Source: a virus. From it: a stretch of DNA of 64,000 nt. Below the pieces are notes generated by a model. That model was not told where the DNA came from and did no database searches. It saw only the letters and a list, made by a program, of their open reading frames with translations. Shown one piece after another: positions 19,182 through 31,100 of this stretch (its first letter is position 1; the number at the start of each line of letters is the position of its first letter). The stretch spans positions 109,843-173,842 of the IMG/VR virus record IMGVR_UViG_3300020477_001012; one strand, given 5' to 3'. The position numbers and the translations under genes are program-made.

Positions 19182-22100
19182 TATTTACCTCTCACCCTTA
19201 GATTTAATTGTTCAGTAGTCTGCGTGCTGGTCATATTAAGGTTAAGAGCACCTGAAGCTACGCCGCTCGGGGCATCAATGTACAATGGCATGGAGCCGCT
19301 GGCTATGTCACTGCACCCAAAAGTAACCAAGTCTACATTATTATACACATATGCTGATGATGGGCCGGGGATCGTGAGATTCATAGACCCGCTAACAGGA
19401 TGCGGCGCACCGGATATATGTAAGTTTAATGTAGCGTTAACAGGCGTGCCGGGCAATAAATCACCCGTTACGTACTCTACAAAGGGCCTGTGGGCTACAA
19501 AACCCTTAGTGGATGGATCAAATCCAGACGCCTCAATGAATATGTCTCCGTTGACGTTAGAGAAGATAATCCCGCTGGTAATGTAAGATATTGGGTCTCC
19601 TGTTTCATTCTGATACACCCTATTCGTTAGCCTGTTATTGCCATCTTCTGCTTTATCCCCAAATATCTCAACATCTATCCAGCTTCCTGCATTCGGGATA
19701 GACGGTAGCTGCTCTCTCAACATTGCGTCGTATGTGTATGCAGCACCAGCATTGGCAAGGCCACTCGTCATGTGGTTTCCACTTGTCGGGTGGTCATGGA
19801 ACGGAGCGCCAACAGACAGTGTGTAATCGCTATCCCCACGCTCAGATCTATATATTGCTACAGATTGCCCAAATCCATCATTCTCACAACCACTAACAAC
19901 TATAACCCCACCTGCCCCGTGAGTGGTGCCCGTTCTTGCTAAATATCCATGTGCATATAATTTTTCTGCGTATTGCCACGTCTTGATTCTATTCGGCCAG
20001 TCTGTTATCTCGTGGCGGTAATTAAACACGGCCCCATTATTGAGAACCATGACTCCACTGTCTCCACCAAACTGGTCGTATCTCACGCCAGAACTGCCCA
20101 AGTCATAATACTTATGTCCGGGGATTTCAAACTCCGCATTAAAGCTCTTGCGCTGGAACGCCGAGGTGCCGCTATAAATGTGATCGTGCAGGGTTGCAAA
20201 ATCATGATGTGGGGCGCCCACAGCTATCATGTCTGCATCAATAGCGACTGAATATCCAAATTTGTCTGTCCTACCAGCATGGTCTACTACAAAGTCTGAG
20301 TTGAGATTGTGGTCCCCTCTTTGTAACTGCAACTGAGACGATGTGCAATTATCCAAACCAACATTAACGCTACTGGGTTTGATTTTTTCCTTGAATTCCC
20401 AAGGCAAGAATTCACTAACCACATTGCTTCCGCTGCCCGTTCTCTCAAAGTAGAATGCGGCTCCAGCCCCACCGTTTTGGCTGACCTTCATGCCAGATCG
20501 ATTGGGGTCATTCTTAATCTCGTGCCACTGCACAATGCCACTAACACCACTGATTGCATTCTCAGTATGGAATCCATTAAATGGAGTCCCAACAACCAGC
20601 TTGTTTTGTGATAGATCAACTGAGAAGCCAAACAGATCACCCGGACACCCAGATGTGTAGAGATCAAAATCAAGGTAGTCGGTACCATTGAACTTCATTA
20701 GGTCTGGCGGCCCGCCAATAGTTTTGGCGTCTACCAAGAAATCTTTAGTTACGCCATCTATAGTGTATAGTCCCTCGTTAAGGAAGTCTCCGCTGAATCT
20801 AGGATAAATACCAAACTTATTTACCGCTTCGGCGCCACCAAACTTATCTACTTCTTCTTTCTTTTTCTCTCCAAGAGGATCAGGCTCTCTGAGGAAGCCC
20901 GGGTTGGCGGGATGGTATGTATCTTCATTATCAACATATGAGCCTAAGTTTCCGGCGGCTCCTCCAGCCCCATAGAGAGGCATGGTTGTGTTCGCTATAC
21001 CGCTCACCGCATAGTACTTGGCGGCACTGCCACGTTCCGGCGCCCTAAGCTTCTGGGTAAACTTAAACTGTCTACCAGTGTCATCATCCCCCTTCTGTGT
21101 GTTCATGCTATAGGCACTTAACGCCGAGTCCTCATGCGGACTTGTCGGGTACAGGCTTCGGATGAACTTCTGATTTTCCTTTATTGCATCGCTTCTATAC
21201 TGGGGACACTGCCCCTGAATCATTGTGGAATCAGAAAGGACTACAATCTTAGACCTCTTGCCTCCAGCAGGGAACGCCGAGAACTGCTCAAATTCCTCTG
21301 CGGCAATCACGGGGCCATCTTCAATTTCATTGTCACCCCTATCATCACACCTAGCGTTTGGATTACAATACCTCTCGCTCTTGTGCTTAATTGGTCTAAA
21401 TGCCCCCTTGACTGTTCCACTCTGTGCTGGCACATACCAAGGATGCTCAATGGTAATTTCACCGCTGGGAACTTGTATCCATCTGGTTGTGGTCGTTATC
21501 GTGGTCTCAATTGGGAGTGGGCACCCAGATATAGATAAAATACGCGGGGTCAATGGGTCTCCCGTGAAATCGCCATCTTTGGCAGGAATTATACCTCTGG
21601 GTAATTTATACCTGTCAGTATCAAGAGAAACCCTAATTGCAGAACCCTTGGCCCTAACATCCACATGCGTAGATTTAACCGAATTGGTTGCAGTATTGTT
21701 GAAATACTCATGCTGATTGAAAGACACCCTATCCATTGGGTCGTTGGGGTCTTCCTCGGCGCTCAACGAGATGTTCCGGGCTTCGCCATGAATCGTAAAT
21801 TTCTCGTTGGGAGTTTCCGACACCCAGTCTACGAATATTCTATAGCCTGACCCCTCTTCAACGGGGAATTCTCCACTAGCCTTGCCGTTAATAAAGTAAA
21901 TGGTTTTCTCGGTGTCATACGTGCAGGTGTCAGTAATTGCATCCTCGTAGTATACAATTTTCTCAAAGTCCCCACCACCAGAAATGGGGATGTAATTTAA
22001 CCTACTAGAGCCAGCCTCTCCCGCCTTGGGCCACAACGAGAGCTTTGGAACATTTGTTTCCACATTCACATGACTGTTCCACCCATAGCCCAGCTCGCAT

Positions 22101-25100
22101 CCTGAAATAGCCTCTTCGGCATAGTTTAATTTTTGCTTGGGGGTCATTATGTTGCAAGTGTCTTGGGAGTCTACACGTTGCCGATTGCTATCACCAACTT
22201 GTGAAGACTGTTGAACAAAATAATCACCCAAACATGGACGGAAGAATGGCCTGCTGGATATGCCCAGCTTTTCACAAAGAACCTTGACATTTTCGGCAAT
22301 CGTCTGCCTCGTGTCTGGGTCCGTGCCGGAATAGGTAATTACAACCTTTTTCTTTCCACCCTTAAGCCAGTTCTTTATAATCGAAATGTCACCATCATCT
22401 GGCTGGCCATCAGGATTAGCAATCCACAGAACGTCTACAGCCGCAGGAATAATGTCACCTTCATTGTATATTTGATTCTCTTTAACGGCGTGATTTCCGT
22501 CTGTATCAATATACAAATTGAGCCTATCCAAAAGAACCGATCCATCATATGCTTCTTTAAATGATTGACGCTTAGTCCACCCTCCTAGCTGCACAATTAA
22601 TGGCGCTTCGTCACAATCGTTCTTCACTAAATTCGCATAAAAGTAATGATTCCTATCGCAGTTACCATTGGGATCGTCAAACGCCTCCTCGCTCTCCCCG
22701 TTCAAGTGGGCGAGCAGATAAACGTTGTTATTGTCATCTACAGGGTTGCCATCTTCATCGTCGTAGATATATTTCTCACGTAACGCTAAAACGCTTTCGT
22801 CTGAAAGTACTTTGTTAACCTTTTTAACTCCGCTTTCGATCATCCAATCGCCTCTACCCTGAACCAAGGCGTCTCGACGATTTTCTGCGGTTGCCGTTGG
22901 CCAAGGATCTGGGTCAATAAAGCCCCCTTGGGTTTTTTCTACATCAAAATAATTGTAGATTCCGCTAACGTTGGAGTTGGAATCTTCAGCAACGTTGAAA
23001 GCCACTTCTTCCAAGTTGTAGTCAGCAAACTCAACCACCTTGTCAGTGGTGACCTTTTTGATAAACTTGTAAATAGTTCGTTTTTCAATACGCACACCGC
23101 TTCTGGCGGGAATGTACCAATGTGTATCTGGTAGGAACTCGGCGGCAGTTAGAATGGGCGAAACATCTTTATATGGTCTGTTGATAAACGGTTGAGGATC
23201 TACTGGGTAATCATCGCAGCCTTGCGCCGCGTTCGGATTAGCAAAATGAAAGCCCCAGTTCTTTTGGTACAGAACTTTGACTTTGTTACCTCTGCCAACT
23301 GTTTTTTCACATTCCTCTGTCCACTCTGCCCGTAGATCTCCATTATGTTTTAGGGGCATATTGCAGACATCTGCATTCAGCTTATCGCATGGGGCTATCT
23401 GGACCATTTCTTGTAAATCGATATCTGACAGGTCCATCCTGATGTCGCCCACACCTTTGGCAAATATGTTATCGGTGCTAATCTTAGACTTGTAGCCATC
23501 GTACTTGGTGTGAGCGTATGTGGGCACATATGCTTTGGTTACATTCCACCTGTCATTAGAAACATCAGAAGAACTCACGCAATCCGGTAGCGATTCGTAT
23601 TTTGTCGCCGCCGGATGGATACGCATTCTAGATCCCAGCTTACCAAGAATCTTATTGACCAACTTGTTAGAATCGCCATACAAACCGTTTTCTTCATACA
23701 CTGGGTCGTTACCAACCAGCACCAGCGTTCTATCTCCAAGGGCCAACCAGTGCTTAATGTTGTCAATGATCTCATCGCTCGCAGCGTCAAGTTCTGGAGT
23801 AATAATAAACGCCAAACCAGCGTCTCTGGGGATTTCTATTTCAGAGAAGTCCATCCTTCTGAAGGACTTGTCATCTGGCTGGAAGTACAAGCCCATTTGA
23901 TCATAGAAACCCTGATCTCGCTCTGTCTCATGAGCGGATCTGTCGAGGTTGCCAAACCTAGTGAACTCCACTACGCCACTATGGGGAATATATTTTCTGG
24001 ACTCAAACATCCTCACAGCACCAGCGTTTGTGTAGGAGGCCCAAGTGTTCTTTTCTTTATACCAAACATTAGTATCTTCAAACAGTGTCGTCGAATCAGT
24101 GGGGGCACCAAAGGCGACAATGTCTCCATCATCACTGACAGACGTGCTGTATCCTAATCGAGATGTGCCTGCAAATTCATTTAAAATGAACTTCCACGTT
24201 CCGGTCGAGGTGATGTCGGAATAAGCATATTGATAAACTGGCTTATATAGCTCAATAGTTTTGTTAGTACCCCAGAAGTTTTCATCAATTCTAAAACTAA
24301 ATTTATTACTCTGGGACAACTCGTGATACACCACATTCTGTGCTACAGACTTTCCAGAAGCAGCCAGAAGATCATCATACCTATTCACCTCAGCAGTCAT
24401 TGATGTGAATACGAGCCAGTCCCGAAGGTTCTTATACATACGCTCATTTTCAGAATTGTCTCTTTCAAAGATTTCGCAAGGAGTATTCGTGAATGGAGAA
24501 CCTATAGAAACTACCTGAGAATTTTGGCTAATGCCCACAGAGTGACCAAAGCGGTCGTTATATTCATCACGATATGGACCCAACCACTCCTCGTTCGACG
24601 CAGCAGTATTAGAGGGGTCTGTAACGGCCCCGCCGGTGTGGTATGTGCCACCACCTCCGAACTTCAAGGATTCTCTTACGCTAAGAGGTTTGATCTCTTG
24701 CACACAATTAAATATGCCACTTTCTTTCTCGAATATGTAAACTCTACCACCAGAACCCGGAGGAATTTGGAACTCATAGGCATTCGGATTTGCCCACTCT
24801 TGGCCAACGCCACTGGTAATGAATTTCATTACGTCATTATTGATTAAATAGCCAGAATCAAGAGTGTCATGGATCAAATCTATAGACGTGTCAGCCCAAT
24901 CCAGTGAAGACCCAGCCACCCTTCTGACGTGTCCAGTAGCAGCCAAGTCTACGTTGGGATCAATGACGCCGCTTGCGTAAGAATACTGTTCATAGAAATC
25001 AACAAACTCATCAATGATACTTACGCCATCATGCACAAAAGCAGCGCCATTCATTGAACTTGGGCTGCGTTCCTCGAACAGGCCCATAATTGGGGGTATG

Positions 25101-28100
25101 CCACTGTGGGGAGAAAATTCACTAGAGCCGCTCGGGAACACACGTAAGAACCCATTTTCTTTTATGCCGCTCAACATTCTGTCGTGGGTTTCCTGTTTTA
25201 GGTCAGCTAGATCTGGGTCTATCATACTTGGAATCCACGTATGGTGGAACCAACTCGGCCCCTCTGGCTCTTGCTTTGGCTCAGACCCTTTGTATGTCTC
25301 GAAGACCATAACATCCACGTTGATTTGTGGCTGGAATTCTTCTGGCGTCTGGGCGTTCCATGGAGCGGAGAAATATTTATACAATATGTCCCACTTGCCC
25401 GCTGCGTTTCCAATTCGACCAATGTCGGCTTCACTGTATTGAAACTCATCAATGAACACAAACATGCAAACCGGAATGCCCGACGTTTGAATATCCTGAA
25501 ACTTGCGGCTCCACCCAGCAAACGGGGCGCCAACGATAATGGTCTCTCTGTCTCCGCTAGCCCCGATGTCTAATGAGCTGCCAAACCTTCTGCCCTCTTG
25601 GCCAATATTCCATCTTTGGCCGGAAATACTAAATGTATCAAATTTAATAAGGTTGTCTACTACCTTGCTGACATAATCCCTTCTGAAACCTGACGGCAGC
25701 ATGAGTTGGTCCTGCATCTGCCAGTCTGCCTTCTTGCCCGCAACATCAGCTCCACGCCGATACACGAACGCAGAGCCTGCGTCTGGTATCATGTGCCCAG
25801 AACTATCTGCTATTTCTCTACGCGGAGCAGAAACAACCATGGCATCATCCATCACAGCCACGGCCTTGCCATACTGATCTTGCAGGTCTCGGGTGTTAGG
25901 AGGCGTGAGTGATGCATCGCCGCTCATGTGTGGGTAGTCGCCAATCATCTTGGCACCAGAATATACTAAGTTTTGATCGCAATCAGCGGTGCAGCATCCA
26001 CTATCTGAATAGAAATCAGGCCCGCAGATTCCATACTCCCAGTCCTCAAAGTTTCTGGGAACCTTAATGGCATCAGTAGAGCCGGTGGTGATTTTCATTG
26101 TTGCCCAATATGGGGCGTGCGGGATAAGATTCCGACTTTTTCTTATACCATAATAATTGCCACTGTAGCCCAGCCCGCCAGAGAAGTTTATAGCCCCAGA
26201 GTTGGTATATAAACCAACAGCCCTGAAAATTCCCCCGTCATTACACGTCTCTTCTCTCCAGACTGTGTCATCAGTAACAATCGCCTTGTCAATGGCTTTG
26301 CGTGGGCTGTCACTCAGACAATGACCATAACCAATAAGGTCCACACCTCTTATTTCATTGCCAACAGGTAACGATGCATATGTGTTGTCTTCTATATTTA
26401 TACCGGTTCCATAATTATAATTGAACCAATTGAAGAACGTAGAGCCAACACCCCCGTAATTGGACATAAACAGGTTCATACCCAGTTGCGGGCTACCAGT
26501 CGTCCCCGTCCCACTGGATGAGGCAAAACTGGTGGTAAGATCATCCCCATAAAGCACTAAGTTCATGTTCTCAGAAAGCAGCGGTGTGCCCTCTATGAAC
26601 AGGTTCATCTTAACTAATGGTAAAGAATCCACCAAAGATGTAGAACCAAGGGTAAACAGGTTCAACAAAGTAGAAGAAGCTACCGGATCGGCAGCGTGAG
26701 TGTTTGCAAGGACCAACGGCATAGAATCTCTAAGGCCCACAGAACCACTGGTGGCATAAGTAAACAGTGGTAATAGCCCGCCGCTTGGAACATAAGATAG
26801 ATCGTCGTTCCGAATCGAAAGCGGGAAGATAGCTGACCCAAGCCCAACACCTTCAACATTTAAGTTAAATGCCCCACTGCCATCAGTAATTGGATAATAT
26901 TTACCAGAAACATTAAGATTGATTCCAGAACTTTGCGTTACATAGCTTAGGGTGTTAAGGTGGAGACTTTGCAACTCTCTAAATGAACCACTAGTGAATA
27001 GCGTAAGGCCAGAGCCGTTATAACCACCAGCTCCCCCGGTTCCAGAGCTGCCCAGCCCTATCGGCCCGACAGCAAACAAGTTTAATATACCGCTGTCAGA
27101 CGGAGCGTAGTTCTTTAAGAATAAGTCCAGATTTTGCGCAACAACATTACCACCACTGGCGATCAAGTTTACGTTAGAATTGGCATCAGTGTCCTTAACG
27201 TATGCATCATCCAATCTCACATGGGAGGTATGGATATTAATTCTAGACTCAAACGGTTTGCCAGAAGGATACACCAAGTCATATTGCAGGAACATGTCGT
27301 CGACATCCTGCGAATAATATTTCTCAGAGAATTCGCTAAGAACAGGCTCGTCTGGGAAGAGCGCCCACTGTTCAGACGTGTCTACTAGACTATCATATGT
27401 AAACTTACTGTCAACCCTCATAATACAGCTTGAAGGCTCTAAATAATGTATGTCTCTATTGATCAGGCCCCAGTTAGGCTCATCAGGAACCCAGTACGGT
27501 TCTTTCTTCTTGGTGTACAAACTAACAATAAGCTTGGGTCCAACCGTGCCCGTACAATTTGGCCACACAATATCATGGTCAGTTTTGTGCTCCATTACGG
27601 TTTCGACAACCAAGGCCCTATCGGAGAATACATAATCACGAGGTAAGTCTTTGGTAATCCTTCTTTGGGTAGAATAGAAGTTGTCAGAGGTATCACTCAA
27701 ATGGAATCGCAAGAAGTCATTCTCGATCTGAGTATGATACGACACCCCACTGTCAACGTTTGAAGGAAGTGTTAGATCGTTTCTGGTTATATATCCAGAA
27801 CCATCATGGTTGATATTAAAGCTAACAAGGTCGCGGCCAGTACGCTTGGTGAGCTGATTAAACGCTATGCCAAACTGGCAATACTTGAACGCACCTATAT
27901 CCCAATCTGAATAAGTATTCTCATTAACATAATCCCAGAGCTTAAACGTATCAATATGATAATCTTCATCTGGACTGTAGAACTTAGCCCGATGATTGTC
28001 AAAGAACTTCTCAGCAGTCACCTGCTTGTATGTTGCGTCTGGATTGGCTTCAACAATGTTGGTGCCGGAGCCTTTGACTCCCACCGTGTAAGTGGAAATA

Positions 28101-31100
28101 CCAAACTCACTGAGTAGCATGTTCATCCCAACGCCAGAGCCGGGAGAGTGACCCACAATCAAATTAGCGTTAGTGGTGTTCTTGTAGAATGGGACTGAAC
28201 TAGCTCGTAAGAACAGGTGGTCGCCATCAAACCCATCACCAAAATCATGGGTATAAGTGTTCCGGTCGGCCTCATTGTCAGTATAAAGTTTCAGCCCGCT
28301 ACCATTGTGGTCGTTATAAGTAAGAATAACGGACAGTGGGAATTGATAGCCACTATACGGAAGGGTGTCAGCAACCGTAATAACATTGCCATCTATGTCT
28401 TTAGAGTACCCACACAGGAATCCTCCACTATAACCAAGGGCAAAGTCAAGATCTGCTGCACTGTCCCATTTAGAGAAGAGCACGCCAGAATTGAACAGAT
28501 TGTAGTCTACTCCGCTAATATTAGCATCTGGTGTGAACCTAGTAAATATGGAGAACCCGCTAGTGGTGTCTATATTCCCAAAATTGATATTTTGACTGTG
28601 GCCGGATATTCTAACAACGTTATTGAATGCGTCTGCAATACGCCCATAAAGCTTGTCGTCCTCAAAGTTGGTGGAAGTGGAATCATTGGTCATGGATGTC
28701 CAGTCACTTGTCTTATAAGCCCCGCTATAACCCGGGAGTTGGTCACTGAACAATGTGCCGCTGCTAAATCTCCAGCCGATGTTTTTGTATATCTCAGGAG
28801 TAGTGCTAAACAGGCCGCTCACGTTGCCGAAGCCACTCCCCAGTGGGCGAGACTTAACATAGAGACCGTCCATCTCGTCAAAATCATAAAATCCAGACAG
28901 GAACGGGAAGTCCATGTGCGGATTCTCAAACCCGAACCCAAACATGTCTGGGTCAAACGGACCACGGACGGTGCCCTCCATCCCTCTCCATCGACGGGAA
29001 TAATTAGATTTTATACTAGAGGGCGTAGTAAAGGCGTGGGGAATTCCCTCAATCGTGGAAATTGGCCCATAACCGGAACCCGCATTAAGCATGTCATCTG
29101 TAGAGCCGCGCGATATCGGATAGATCGACCCTTCGGACCTACCATCCTGTATCTTGCGTATCTTATCCCCACCCTCAATGGACAACTTGAGGGCATTTTG
29201 CGGCTTGTACCTAACCAGCAAATGCACGCTTGCGATGCTGGCCCCACTGGGGAGTGGGTATATGTCTAAGTATAAGTGCTCAAAAAGAGAACTCATGCTG
29301 TAGTCTCTGGATTGACCCAGAGTTACCCGGTCGTCATATATCTTAAGTGGCACTTCATAGTCGACAAAGTCGGTAGTGCTGACCACAGGATAGTTTGTCA
29401 AAGAGTAGTGATCGCCCCCAAGGTTTCCACTAGTTTCAGTGTATCTTTCTTTTTCAGATAAACTCTCAGAGGCAATAGCAAGGTCGTCGCCATCGGCCAA
29501 AAATCCAGAGGTAACGGGATGAGTGCCATCGCTGCTGATTATCTGATCATTGAGCTGTACGCTGTATGGATTTTGCAGAAAGCCACTAGGAGCACTGCTA
29601 ACATTTAACAGTCCATCATCACTATATCCAACCACATCCAAAACGTAGTTTCTTGATCCGGTAGCCTTTTTAGCCTTGACCTTAAGTGTAATAGATTCAA
29701 TGTCAAAGAAGCCATCGTCTACACCTAGCTGGGTTCTGTTTTGAGTATTGAAAGCTCCACTGGGATCGAACCAAGTGGGGCAGATGGTCTGGTCAAAACC
29801 ACAATCAAAAGCACCCTTAGTGACTTCATTAACTATTCCCCTGCCGTGGGAGAATTTAAGGGTTAGCTTTCCAGAATCCAGATGAGGCCCCGTAGAGTGA
29901 AGCTCGGCGTAGTCATGGGCGGTCTCTCTTTGTATTGCCGAAACTAATCCAGTGGCACCGCAAGAATCCAAGTTGGAGCCTATAGTGACATGTCCCATGT
30001 TGCTATTTTTATGGTGCCAAATACTACTGACAGAAGGCCAAACCCCAGTGTCAAATTCAGCAAGAGGCATAAAGGATGGGAGAATCTTACGCTCCAGTCT
30101 TCGTCCCTTCTCGGGAACTTGGGCAAACAGGCCGATGTAGTCCTCTGGCCTTGGACCATATCCGCCACTATTGCATATTTCTAATGCAGAGATTCTAATC
30201 GCTTTAGTCGGGTTAATTAAAGATTGATCTTGAGTAGATAATGGGGCGCCGTCTAACGCTAGGTAATCATCCCCGCTGGCGTATGTATCATGTATTATAT
30301 AGTTGTCTTCAAAACCATCGCTAAAACCGGGAGCAAATGGATCATCCAACGCTTCAGATCTAACATCGAATGTTAATTTATACCCACTAATCTGATACAT
30401 ATGAGGGGCGGATGTACGCTGCCAATCATACAGATCCGCCTTGTTGGTAACAGCCGCTGAAGAGTAGGTGGAAAAGTTAGCGTGAGTAGCTGAATTTGTA
30501 TAGTCTACATCTCCATATACAATAATGTCTTCATACTTAACCACCAAGTTGCCAGATGGATCTTCAAACTTAATGTTATGGATAGTATATCTTGGGGGAA
30601 CATTAGCTTCATAGTTATTGATCGGAGCTGAAGCCCTGATCCGTAAGCGGGTCTCCTCTGGTCTGACAAGGAAGTTGGTTAAGTTACACTTATATTGAAA
30701 TAGCCCTTCTGTGTGAAACGTGTCGGGGTGGATAAATGAGTTGGCGTCGTCTGATATAATAATACTGTTGCCAAACTGCTTATCATAGTCGCCCGTAAAG
30801 ACGCCTTCGTCAATGAAGCGGTAAAGGTTGCCAGACGAGTTGTCTGAGCCAACAAAATTGCCCATACCGGCATCGATGGGCAGGTCTCCGCTTGGGTAGA
30901 GTTTTTCTACGCATTCAAAATCACCAAAATCTCCATAGAACTTATCGGCGCGGGTTGCTCTAAGATTAAATCCGCCCAGCATCTTTTGATGAATGTTGTA
31001 GTCAGTTGTAAGCCCATTGTTAATTTTCCCCACAGCAGATAGGGAGTTTTCCCCCATTCTTATGCGACCAGACAACTTAGAGGAAATATGCACTGAGGCC

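Noticed and set aside
28217-29269. 350-aa + strand ORF
   Set aside because: Fully antisense to the giant gene with no recognisable motif; a typical shadow ORF, as is 63102..63839.
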